Below are positions 19,338 to 28,589 of a DNA stretch of 55,436 nucleotides, one piece after another (positions within the stretch are counted from its first letter, which is position 1; every line of letters starts with the position of its first letter). Source of the stretch: an uncultured Clostridia bacterium. GTDB taxonomy: Bacteria > Bacillota > Clostridia > TANB77 > CAG-508. The stretch spans positions 1 to 55,436 of the forward strand of contig CAPZDM010000002.1 of NCBI GenBank assembly GCA_948745425.1, written 5' to 3'. The position numbers and the translations under genes were made by a program. Below the pieces are notes generated by a model. That model was not told the origin of the DNA, ran no database searches, and worked only from the letters and a program-made list of their open reading frames with translations.

Positions 19338-19394
19338 TATATAAATTTGTGTCCCTTTTTCCGAAAAAATGGAAAAGAGAACCGTCCCTTTTCC
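19338..19394 (+). repeat. Family B repeat (right module), including the hairpin ggaaaag-N10-cttttcc. Acts as the terminator of the MFS gene on the minus strand.
   Basis: tataaatttgtgtccctttttccgaaaaaatggaaaagagaaccgtcccttttcc matches 27249-27302. On the minus strand the hairpin is followed by a T-run. Confidence 0.6.
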
Positions 19395-19395
19395 A

Positions 19396-20688
19396 TCAAC
19401 CTATTTTTAATTCATCATATTTTCTTTCTTGTTTTGAATATTGCTCAGGTTTTAAACCTACTCTTGTTTTCATGTATTTTTCCATTAATATATATATTAT
19501 AGTAAATATTGTACCTACTATTATCATACAATATGCTGTTGACATTTTATCTAATAAAAACGATGCCATTATTCCTGCTATTGCTGATACTATATTCACA
19601 AATAAGTTTTTAACTGCAAATATCTTTGTATCTATATCTTTATTTGTAAAGTTTCTGAAATATCTATCTATTACTGTATAAAACATTCCATGTGCAAATC
19701 TTGCAATTATGAATGATAGTCCAATAATTACTAATAAGAAAGAATATTGCTCTGCTTTAAGTCCTACTATTCCAGCTATAATAGTAGTAATTGAAGCCAT
19801 TAATCCTATTATTGTTATTGTTTTATTTCTAAATTTATTATGAAAGTCTTGCTGTTTTTTAGATGCATACGCACTAGCTAAACTTATTACTGCTGCAATA
19901 AATGCAATTAAGTGTGCTGGAACTTTTACTTCTTGCCATAGGCTTGTTTGATAGTTTAATAATATGTCTAAAAGGCTTCCTATAAGTGCTGCTATTAATA
20001 TTAGCGCTTTTAATCTCTCAGAGGTTATTATAAATTTGAATCCCTCTCCAATATCTTTTACCTGTTGTTTTATATATAATTTTCTATTCTCATTCTTATT
20101 TGTTTTTATAGGTTCTATGTAAAAAGTTGAAATTATACTAACAATAACTAAGACAGCTAATGAACATATTATTGGCAAATATCCATTTATTTTAAATAAA
20201 AATCCTGCTATCATTCTTGATAATGCCCCTATTATGTAATATCCTGTTTTTCCTTTGGCATCTATCTTGGCAAATATATTACTTTTGTACCTTGAAGGTG
20301 GAATTGAGGCGTTTAATAAAGTTGGTTCTGCTATATCTTTTATAGATCTAGCTAATGAAGATACAAATTTTGCTAAAGCTAGGTCAAATAAATTGCCACA
20401 CATCATAAACATTACCATATAAATACAATTTAATATATTTCCTAGTATAATACTATTTCTTCTTCCTAAAAATTCTACTATTATATTTGCTGGTATTTGC
20501 AAGAATATTCCAAAAAGTGATTTTATCGAAGAAGATAAAACCACATCTGCTGGACTAATATTTTTTATTTGGGTTAAAAATAGAAAGTCTATTGTATAAT
20601 AGAATAAATAATCATTTGATATTCTCTTGTATGCTGGAAATAATTTCATATTCCTTTTTCTCATTTGTAGATCTGCATCTTTTGTCAT
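19396..20688 (-). CDS. MFS transporter
   Basis: 430-aa polytopic protein with about 12 hydrophobic segments. Substrate unknown. Confidence 0.75.
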   Translation of the reverse strand: MTKDADLQMRKRNMKLFPAYKRISNDYLFYYTIDFLFLTQIKNISPADVVLSSSIKSLFGIFLQIPANIIVEFLGRRNSIILGNILNCIYMVMFMMCGNLFDLALAKFVSSLARSIKDIAEPTLLNASIPPSRYKSNIFAKIDAKGKTGYYIIGALSRMIAGFLFKINGYLPIICSLAVLVIVSIISTFYIEPIKTNKNENRKLYIKQQVKDIGEGFKFIITSERLKALILIAALIGSLLDILLNYQTSLWQEVKVPAHLIAFIAAVISLASAYASKKQQDFHNKFRNKTITIIGLMASITTIIAGIVGLKAEQYSFLLVIIGLSFIIARFAHGMFYTVIDRYFRNFTNKDIDTKIFAVKNLFVNIVSAIAGIMASFLLDKMSTAYCMIIVGTIFTIIYILMEKYMKTRVGLKPEQYSKQERKYDELKIG

Positions 20689-20760
20689 TTGTATTCCTCC
20701 ATCTTTCCTATGTTATATATTCTACATTATATCTACAAAAAAGTCCATACTTATTCAATA

Positions 20761-22983
20761 TTATTCATATTCGAATACTTCTTCAAGTGTGTCTTTTGAA
20801 TTTGTACCTACAAATATTTTAAATTTTCCACTTTCTGCTTTATATTCTAATTTTTCATTCCAGAATTTTAACATTTCAACTGTAATTTCAAATTCTATTG
20901 TTTTTTCTTCAAAAGCTGATAAATGTACTTTAGTAAAAGCTTTTAGTTCTCTTACAGGTCTTACTACACTCGCAACTAAATCTTGAATATAAAGTTCAAC
21001 TACCTCTGCTCCTTCAACATTACTATCATTTTTCACTTTTACTGCTACTATTATTTTTGAGTCTTTACTCATTTTTTTATTACTTATTTTTAAATCAGAG
21101 TATATGAATTTAGAATATGATAATCCATATCCAAATGGATAATAACTTTCTGTTGGAATATCTTGGTAACGTGATACAAATCTAAAGTCTCCTCTTTGTG
21201 GTCTTCCTGTATTATAATGATTATAATATATTGGACATTGTCCTGCATCTTGTGGAAAACTCATAGTTAATTTGGCTGATGGATTTATATCTCCAAAAAT
21301 TACATCAGTTATTGCATTTGCACCTTCTACTCCAGGAAACCATACTTCTAGAACTGCATTCACTTTTTCTGAAATATCTTTTAATACTAAAGGTCTTCCA
21401 CTAAATACAATTGCAACTATTTTCTTGTTTAATTTTGAAAGTTCATTTAATAGATTTTGCTGAATCCTAGGTATTTCGATATTTGCCCTTGAACATGCTT
21501 CTCCACTTTGTTTATAATGTTCTCCTATTGCTAAAATTATTATGTCTGAGTTTTTTGCAGTTTCTATCGCTTCTTTTACATATTTTTTTTCATTTTCTTC
21601 TTCGTTTTCTAAATGTATAGGCTTTTTACCATCAGCTAATAGGATTCTATTTATATCTTTTTCTTTTAATATTTCACTTCCTTTTGAATATAAGATATTA
21701 TCTTTACCAACTTTATTTTCAAATGTTTCTTTTAAAGTTGGTATTTTAACTCCTTCAGAAAATATAGACCAAGAACCCAGTATTCCTATATTATCTGCAT
21801 AAGGTCCAATTAATGCAATTTTATTACATTTCTTTAGAGGTAATATATTATTTTCATTTTTTAATAATACCAGTGTATCTGCAGTTAATTTTCGTGCTTT
21901 ATTTAGATTTTCTTTACTCATTAGAATTCTCTTTTCTGCCTCTGCATTTGCATTTCCATATGGATTTTCAAACAGCCCTAATTCATTTTTTAATTGTAAT
22001 ACCCTAAGTACTGATTCATCCAATAGTTCTTCTGATACCTTACCTTCTTTTACTAAATTTTTTAGATTATTAGAATATGCTCTAGACATCATATCAATAT
22101 CTACTCCAGCTGTAATTGCTTTATATGCTGCATCTTTACTATCTATAGAAACCCCATGTGCAATAGTTTCTTCTATTGCTGAAAAATCAGAAATTATAAT
22201 TCCTTTAAATCCTAATTCTTTTCTTAATAAGTCTCTTAATAACCATTTATTTACTGATGATGGAATACCATTTACTGTATTAAATGATGTCATTATCATT
22301 TTTGCTCCACTATCAATTGCTGATTTATATGCTGGTAAATAGTATTGCCTGAATTCTCTTTCTGACATATCAACAGTATTATAGTCTCTTCCTGCCTCTA
22401 CTGCTCCATATGCTGCAAAATGTTTGACACATGCTGCTACATTCTTGGAATTAAGCTCATCTTTTCCTTGATAGGCCTGTACTATTGTTTTTGCAAATAC
22501 CTCTCCTAAATATGGGTCTTCAGCTCCTATAGATTCCATTACTCTTCCCCATCTTGCATCTCTAACTAAATCAACCATTGGAGAAAAGTTTACATTTGCT
22601 CCTGCTACTTTTCCTTCTTCTATGGAAAGTTTAGCACAATCGTAAACTATATTTGTATCCCATGAACAACCTTGTGCAATTGGAATTGGCAAGACTGTTT
22701 TATATCCATTAATTATATCTGCCATAAATAAAAGTGGTATTTTTAATCTATTTTTAGCTAAATATTCATCTTGTATTTTTCTTATATTTTCACTACCTAC
22801 AACATTTAAAATTGACCCAACATTATATAAATCTTCGTTTGATAAATTGAGTTCTCTTAATGGGCCTGTTGTGATATCTACATTATCCCTAAGAAAATCT
22901 TCACCTAATACTTGTATAAGTTGCCCAACTTTTTCTCCTAATGTCATTTGCTTTAATAATTCCAATACTTGTTCTTGTTTCAA
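20761..22983 (-). CDS. bglX: Glycoside hydrolase family 3 beta-glucosidase (BglX-like)
   Basis: KVGQLIQV, GANVNFSPMVDLVRDARWGR, KHFAAYG and GIIISDF (nucleophile Asp region). C-terminal FnIII-like domain. Confidence 0.85.
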   Translation of the reverse strand: MKQEQVLELLKQMTLGEKVGQLIQVLGEDFLRDNVDITTGPLRELNLSNEDLYNVGSILNVVGSENIRKIQDEYLAKNRLKIPLLFMADIINGYKTVLPIPIAQGCSWDTNIVYDCAKLSIEEGKVAGANVNFSPMVDLVRDARWGRVMESIGAEDPYLGEVFAKTIVQAYQGKDELNSKNVAACVKHFAAYGAVEAGRDYNTVDMSEREFRQYYLPAYKSAIDSGAKMIMTSFNTVNGIPSSVNKWLLRDLLRKELGFKGIIISDFSAIEETIAHGVSIDSKDAAYKAITAGVDIDMMSRAYSNNLKNLVKEGKVSEELLDESVLRVLQLKNELGLFENPYGNANAEAEKRILMSKENLNKARKLTADTLVLLKNENNILPLKKCNKIALIGPYADNIGILGSWSIFSEGVKIPTLKETFENKVGKDNILYSKGSEILKEKDINRILLADGKKPIHLENEEENEKKYVKEAIETAKNSDIIILAIGEHYKQSGEACSRANIEIPRIQQNLLNELSKLNKKIVAIVFSGRPLVLKDISEKVNAVLEVWFPGVEGANAITDVIFGDINPSAKLTMSFPQDAGQCPIYYNHYNTGRPQRGDFRFVSRYQDIPTESYYPFGYGLSYSKFIYSDLKISNKKMSKDSKIIVAVKVKNDSNVEGAEVVELYIQDLVASVVRPVRELKAFTKVHLSAFEEKTIEFEITVEMLKFWNEKLEYKAESGKFKIFVGTNSKDTLEEVFEYE

Positions 22984-23046
22984 ACTATTCTCTCCTTCCA
23001 GTAGTATTTAATATGTCCAAATAGTTAATTCATATTCATTTCCATA

Positions 23047-25683
23047 TTATCTTCTTACTCTTGATAGACTATTAAAGTCTACTGGTATACCTTCATTATT
23101 TTTAAATCTTATTTTGTTAATCAATTTTTGCATTTCTATTATTGGTAGAGGCAAAAGTGAAATTATTATTGTATATAACCATTGTGTTTGATTTAGTGTA
23201 ACTAGACTAAATATGTTTGCAAAATATGGTATTATTACTACTATTACTTGTAATATTGTTCCTAGTACAAAACTTCCAATTAAAAATCTATTATTCAATG
23301 CTCCTTTTTTTAGGATTGAACCTTCTGATTTTATGTCAAAACTATGTACTAATTCTAATAATCCTAATGCTACAAATGCCATTGTTCTTGCTACATCTAT
23401 TCCATATAAACGATTTCCAAGTGAGAATATAAATAAATCTAATGCTCCCAACATTATTCCTTCTGTAATTATTTTATTCCATAGCCCATCTGCAAATATA
23501 CTCTTTTTTGAATTTCTTGGTTTTCTTTCCATTATGCCTTTTTCTTCTTTCTCTAATCCTAATGCTATTGCTGGTAATGAGTCTGTTACTAAATTTATCC
23601 ATAAAAGTTGAATTGCAAGAAGTGGTGATTGTAATCCTAATATTAAGCCCATAAATATTGTTGTTATCTCACCAATATTTGTTGCTATTAAAAAGTGTAT
23701 TGCTTTTTTTATATTATCAAATATATTTCTTCCTTGCCTTATGGCTTGGACTATTGTTACAAAATTATCATCCATTAATACCATATCTGAAGCATTTTTT
23801 GCTACATCTGTACCTCCTTTTCCCATTGCAATTCCTATATCTGCATTTTTTAGTGCTGGGCTATCATTTACTCCATCTCCTGTCATTGCAACTACTGCAC
23901 CAGTTCTTTGCCATGCTTTTACTATTCGTACTTTATGTTCTGGGGTTACTCTTGCAAATACTGAATATGATGCTATGTTTCTTGTTAATTCTCTGTCTGA
24001 TATATTGTCTAATTCTGCACCTGTTATTGCCATATCTCCCATTTCTAAAATTCCTAGCTCTTTTGCTATAGCTTTGGCTGTTGCTATATGGTCTCCTGTT
24101 ATCATTACAGTTTTTATTCCTGCTTTTTTACAAGTTTTTACTGCCTGTTTTACTCCTTCTCTTGGTGGGTCTATCATCCCTATTAATCCAACAAATATTA
24201 AATTTTCTTCTAGGTTTGTTACATCTTTTCTCATAAATTCAAAGTCTCTATATCCTACTGCTATTACCCTTAAAGCATCATTTGCTAATTGTGTATTTTG
24301 ATTTTGTATTGTTCTCTTTTCTTCTTCACTTAGTCTCTCTATTCTGCCATTTCTATAAATTCTATCACATTTATTTATCATTACATCTGGTGCACCTTTT
24401 GTAATACTTCTATATCCACTTTCTAGTTTATGTACTGTTGTCATTAGTTTTCTATTTGAATCAAATGGTATTTCACTTATTCTGTTCATTTTATTATATA
24501 ATTCTTTTTTGTTTATTCCTTTTGATAATGCATTATTTACAATTGCAACTTCAGTTGGTTCTCCTATTGCTTCTTTTTCATCCTTTATATCACAGTCTGT
24601 ACACATACATCCTAGTTTTAATAATAATTCTTCATCATCTGATATTGTTTTTACTACTGTCATTTTATTTTGCGTTAATGTTCCTGTTTTATCAGAACAA
24701 ATTACATTGCTACATCCTAATGTTTCTACAGCTGGTAGTTTCCTTATAATGCTATTCTTTCTTGCCATTTTTGTAACTCCTATTGATAACATTATTGTAA
24801 CTATTGCAGGTAGTCCTTCTGGGATTGCTGCTACTGCTAAACCTACTGATGTCATAAACATTTCTATTGGTTCTATCTTTTTTAATATTCCTATTGCATA
24901 TATAATAGCACATATTATTAGACATACTATTCCTAAAGTTTTTCCAACTTCTGATAGTTTCTTTTGTATTGGTGTTTCTGGTGCCTCTTCTTCATTTATC
25001 ATGTTTGCAATTTTACCAATTTTTGTATTCATTCCTGTGTCTGTTACTATTGCTTTTCCATGTCCAGATACAACTATACTTGCCATAAATCCCATGTTTT
25101 TCATATCTCCTAATGGGATTTTTTCTTCTAGTATTTGTGTTTCATTTTTTTCAACTGGCTCTGTTTCTCCTGTTAAACTTGATTCTTCTATTTTTAAGTT
25201 AAATCCTTCTATTATTCTACAGTCTGCTGGAACATAGTTTCCTGCTTCTAATTCTATAATATCTCCTGGTACTAATTCTTCTGCATTTATTTCTTGGAGC
25301 CTTCCACCTCTTATTGTTTTTGCGATTTGTGGAGTTAGTTTTTTTAGACTTTCTATGGACTTTTCTGCTCTTGCTTCCTGAACTAGTCCCATTATTGCGT
25401 TTAATATTACTATTGCTATAATGATTATAGAATCTATATAGTCATTTTCTCCTTGCATATATGATGTGAATGCTGAAATTATTGAGGCTATTATTAATAT
25501 TATTATCATGAAATCATTAAATTGTTTTATAAATTTAATTAATATATTTTCCTTCTTTTTTTCTTGTAGTTTATTTGCTCCATATTTTTCTTTTCTTATG
25601 CTTACCTCATTATCTGCTAGTCCGATTTTTGTGCTTGTCTGTAATTTTCTTACAACTTCTTCTATTCTCAACATGTGCCACAT
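23047..25683 (-). CDS. P-type Ca2+-transporting ATPase (P2A/YloB-like)
   Basis: TGES, CSDKTGTLTQN (phosphorylation site), MITGDH and TGDGVNDSPALK motifs. 878 aa. Confidence 0.9.
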   Translation of the reverse strand: MWHMLRIEEVVRKLQTSTKIGLADNEVSIRKEKYGANKLQEKKKENILIKFIKQFNDFMIIILIIASIISAFTSYMQGENDYIDSIIIIAIVILNAIMGLVQEARAEKSIESLKKLTPQIAKTIRGGRLQEINAEELVPGDIIELEAGNYVPADCRIIEGFNLKIEESSLTGETEPVEKNETQILEEKIPLGDMKNMGFMASIVVSGHGKAIVTDTGMNTKIGKIANMINEEEAPETPIQKKLSEVGKTLGIVCLIICAIIYAIGILKKIEPIEMFMTSVGLAVAAIPEGLPAIVTIMLSIGVTKMARKNSIIRKLPAVETLGCSNVICSDKTGTLTQNKMTVVKTISDDEELLLKLGCMCTDCDIKDEKEAIGEPTEVAIVNNALSKGINKKELYNKMNRISEIPFDSNRKLMTTVHKLESGYRSITKGAPDVMINKCDRIYRNGRIERLSEEEKRTIQNQNTQLANDALRVIAVGYRDFEFMRKDVTNLEENLIFVGLIGMIDPPREGVKQAVKTCKKAGIKTVMITGDHIATAKAIAKELGILEMGDMAITGAELDNISDRELTRNIASYSVFARVTPEHKVRIVKAWQRTGAVVAMTGDGVNDSPALKNADIGIAMGKGGTDVAKNASDMVLMDDNFVTIVQAIRQGRNIFDNIKKAIHFLIATNIGEITTIFMGLILGLQSPLLAIQLLWINLVTDSLPAIALGLEKEEKGIMERKPRNSKKSIFADGLWNKIITEGIMLGALDLFIFSLGNRLYGIDVARTMAFVALGLLELVHSFDIKSEGSILKKGALNNRFLIGSFVLGTILQVIVVIIPYFANIFSLVTLNQTQWLYTIIISLLPLPIIEMQKLINKIRFKNNEGIPVDFNSLSRVRR

Positions 25684-25754
25684 AAAAACACCTTTCCTTC
25701 CTTAGATTTTACTTCTCTATAATATCTATGAAGGAAAAGTGTTTTTTATTCATA

Positions 25755-26028
25755 TTAAAATAAATTAGAATGTGTTTCAATATCAAATAATAATAGAACT
25801 AATTTTTCTTTTTCAATTTTATACACTAATACTAAATCGTTTAATACATGACAATCATAATAACCTTTTAGATTTCCATTTAATTGATGATTTTTATATT
25901 TTTCTGGTAATCTCTCTCCTTTTGATAACATATCAATTACATCTTTTAATGGTTTCATGTTTACTCCGTCTTTTCTTTATTTTCTTTATACTTTGTTTAA
26001 ATCTATTTGTTATTTCTATTTTATACAT
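25755..26028 (-). CDS. yafQ: YafQ/RelE-family toxin, with an apparent +1 frameshift at CGG 25968-25966
   Basis: MYKIEITNRFKQSIKKIKKR-(c)-GVNMKPLKDVIDML...KNHQLNGNLKGYYDCHV...ETHSNLF. The N-terminal 20 codons are in another frame. The start is 5 nt from the antitoxin stop. Confidence 0.75.
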
Positions 26029-26033
26029 ATTAG

Positions 26034-26348
26034 CTATTCCTTTTCTATATCTTCCATTATTTCTTCTATGTTATTATAAGTTTTTCCATCTCTATCTTTT
26101 TCTATTTCTTCAAAATTTACTTTGCTATAATCATGTAAATGACCACATTCACATATATAAGAACCATGACCATCATTTAATTCTATAATACCTTTTCTTT
26201 TTAAATTAAAAGGTATTCCGTTATTTAATTTTATTTGATGTAGGAATAAGTTTATTGCTTCACTCAAGGATAATCCTAAATCTTCTAATATTGGTGTAAC
26301 TTCTTTTCTTATATCATCATTTATTCTTACTGTTGACATTTTAATCAC
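26034..26348 (-). CDS. dinJ: RelB/DinJ-family antitoxin with a C-terminal extension
   Basis: VRINDDIRKEVTPILEDLGLSLSEAINLFLHQIKLNNGIPF is a RelB/DinJ ribbon-helix-helix. The gene is immediately upstream of the toxin. Confidence 0.75.
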   Translation of the reverse strand: MIKMSTVRINDDIRKEVTPILEDLGLSLSEAINLFLHQIKLNNGIPFNLKRKGIIELNDGHGSYICECGHLHDYSKVNFEEIEKDRDGKTYNNIEEIMEDIEKE

Positions 26349-26466
26349 TCCTTTATGCTATTCTATATACATTATATAGTATATTGTATACATATGTCAA
26401 CAATTCGTATACAATTATGTGTTATTATTTACAAAATTTTTTGTTATATGCAAAGTTTTTATACTT

Positions 26467-27138
26467 TTACAGTAACAACTCCTTTTCTCCATTCCATTCG
26501 AATAAAAATTCTTGAACGAAATTTCTCATAAATTCTGTCCTTTGTATTCCTATTTCTTTTGCAGTTTTTGTGTTCATATTATCTGCAAGTTTAAATAATT
26601 TATGATAGAAATGATGTATAGTGGACGTAGAAATTTTACCTTCTATATAATCGCTTTGATTATTTAAAGGTATTTTATCATCATACATTTTCATATTGTG
26701 GGCTCCTCCATATGCGAAGGCTCTACCTATTCCTATCGCCCCAATTGCATCTAAGTTATCTGCATCTTGTAATATTAATGTATTTATATCATTAACGTTT
26801 TCGCCATTCCAGTTATAGTTTTCATGAAATTCTATTGCATAACATATTTTATCTATTTGTTCTTGTGTCAATTCTATATTAGATAATATGTTCTTTACCA
26901 TTTCTAGAGAATCTTTTGGTGATACAAATACTCCTCCATTTTCTTTTTGCATTATTCTATGAATATCATGTAAAAATGCTGATATTCCAATGATAATCCT
27001 ATCTCCTCCTTCTTTTTGTTGTAAATATAATGCTATTTTCATTGTTCTTTCTAAGTGTGCAATATCATGACCACTAGATTCCTTTGAAAATAATTCTGAT
27101 ACTATTGGTCTTAATTTTTCTATATATTCTTCTAACAT
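26467..27138 (-). CDS. HD-domain phosphohydrolase
   Basis: GHDIAHLERT...AFLHDIHR...DADNLDAIGAIG motifs. Confidence 0.8.
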   Translation of the reverse strand: MLEEYIEKLRPIVSELFSKESSGHDIAHLERTMKIALYLQQKEGGDRIIIGISAFLHDIHRIMQKENGGVFVSPKDSLEMVKNILSNIELTQEQIDKICYAIEFHENYNWNGENVNDINTLILQDADNLDAIGAIGIGRAFAYGGAHNMKMYDDKIPLNNQSDYIEGKISTSTIHHFYHKLFKLADNMNTKTAKEIGIQRTEFMRNFVQEFLFEWNGEKELLL

Positions 27139-27223
27139 GTTTATCCTCCTACTTTATTTTGTTGACATTATATAATATAAATACAATATTTTCAAATTGG
27201 GGTTTGTATGCGTAATTTTATTA

Positions 27224-27302
27224 TATAAAATCATCCTCACAAACACAAATTTAAGTGTGTCCCAATTTCCAAAAAATGGAAAAGAGAACCGTCCCCTTTT
27301 CC
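27224..27302 (+). repeat. Family B dispersed repeat, full-length copy (left plus right modules)
   Basis: The left part matches 17815-17854 and the right part matches 19338-19394. Confidence 0.6.
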
Positions 27303-27362
27303 ACACCCTTTTCCACAAAAATGAATATTATATTAATATATGGTTTAGAACGAGGTGTAAAT

Positions 27363-27818
27363 ATGTTTTCAAATATTTTTCATGATGCTAAGGCTATCAT
27401 AAAAGGTGGCAAAGAATATCCTAGAATTAATGGTATAGTATATTTTAAGGAAACTAAAGAGGGTGTTTTACTTACCTCTAAGATTCATGGATTACCACAG
27501 TCTAAAATGAAATGTAGTGGTAGATTTTTTGGTTTTCATATACACAGTGGAAATTCTTGTACTGGTACTAAAGAGGATGAGTTTGCAAATAGTGGTACAC
27601 ATTATAATCCTAATGATTGCCCTCACCCATATCATGCTGGTGATTTACCTCCTTTAATTGAAAATAATGGTTATGCATATATGATTGTTTTAATCAATAA
27701 GTTTAAGATTGATGATATTATTGGTAAGGTCCTAATTATACATGATTCTCCTGATGATTTTAATAGTCAACCTAGTGGAAATTCTGGTAAGAAAATTGCA
27801 TGTGGCATAATAAAATAA
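27363..27818 (+). CDS. sodC: Cu/Zn superoxide dismutase-like protein without a signal peptide
   Basis: GFHIHSGNSC...GTHYNP...HAGDLPPL...HDSPDD...GNSGKKIACGII. The start is set at the ATG at 27363 (RBS gaggtg). The upstream part of ORF 27255 lies in the family B repeat. Confidence 0.75.
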   Translation: MFSNIFHDAKAIIKGGKEYPRINGIVYFKETKEGVLLTSKIHGLPQSKMKCSGRFFGFHIHSGNSCTGTKEDEFANSGTHYNPNDCPHPYHAGDLPPLIENNGYAYMIVLINKFKIDDIIGKVLIIHDSPDDFNSQPSGNSGKKIACGIIK

Positions 27819-27843
27819 AGAGCGATTTTAAAATCGCTCTTTA
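27817..27843. terminator. Bidirectional terminator between sodC and the cohesin gene
   Basis: Perfect palindrome aaagagcgatttt/aaaatcgctcttt. Confidence 0.6.
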
Positions 27844-27851
27844 TTTTATTT

Positions 27852-28568
27852 TTATAATTCTCTTTCTTTTTTATTTATTGCTTTAATTTTTATTATTGAA
27901 TATAATACTACTATAGCAATTACAATTACTGCTGTAATTATTGAAATCATACTATTCTCTCCAGTTTTTGGTAATGTTCCTTTATCATAAGTAGTACTTG
28001 TATTGCCTGTCACATTATTATTTGGATTTTTATTTGTGTCTGGAACTTTGTCTGGATCTGAATCTGGATTTGGATTATCTGTTCCTGGTTTTGTATTTGT
28101 AGCTCCTTCTTTTATTGTTATGCTTTTTTCTATAAGATTAATTCTATTTGTTTCATTTCCATCTGATATTGATATGTCTTTTAATGCTATTGTAAGATTT
28201 CTTTTACTAGCTTCTTTTACTTTAAAGGTTATACTAAATGCTGTTTCATCAGATTTTGTTACACTTCCTCTGTCCATAACAAATTTTCCATTTGATTCAT
28301 TATATGAAGGTTTTGTCCATTCACCTTTTCCTTCCATTTTTACTAATGTTAAACTTTGTTTATCATATTCTAATGTACCTCCTAATGCAATTATTCCTCT
28401 ATCAGATTGTACATTAGATAGTTTAATATCTACTGTAACTTGGTCGTTTTTACTGTATTCTGTCTTTGGTATAATAATATCAACATTAGAACTAAATGCA
28501 CCATATACATTTCCCATAATACACATTGCACTTAATAATATTAAACTTAATTTTACTATCTTTTTCAT
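27852..28568 (-). CDS. Sortase-anchored (LPXTG) surface protein with a cohesin-like domain
   Basis: Signal peptide, a beta-rich module of about 140 aa resembling cohesin, a Pro/Asp/Asn-rich linker, then LPKTG plus TM helix plus basic tail. Confidence 0.6.
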   Translation of the reverse strand: MKKIVKLSLILLSAMCIMGNVYGAFSSNVDIIIPKTEYSKNDQVTVDIKLSNVQSDRGIIALGGTLEYDKQSLTLVKMEGKGEWTKPSYNESNGKFVMDRGSVTKSDETAFSITFKVKEASKRNLTIALKDISISDGNETNRINLIEKSITIKEGATNTKPGTDNPNPDSDPDKVPDTNKNPNNNVTGNTSTTYDKGTLPKTGENSMISIITAVIVIAIVVLYSIIKIKAINKKEREL

Positions 28569-28589
28569 ACAATTTTCTCCTTTTCTACA

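Noticed and set aside
23741-25237. Long plus-strand ORFs (23741-24301, 24509-25237; likewise 3346-3810, 28003-28665, 45677-45997 and many others) lying opposite real minus-strand genes
   Set aside because: They are low-complexity, Ser/Phe/Leu/Ile-rich mirror-frame products typical of AT-rich genomes. They are fully nested antisense to ORFs with clear family motifs and have no RBS or motif support.
27255-27362. Upstream extension of the sodC-like ORF (start at 27255)
   Set aside because: This part overlaps the family B repeat. The ATG at 27363 has a good RBS and gives a protein of the usual SodC length.
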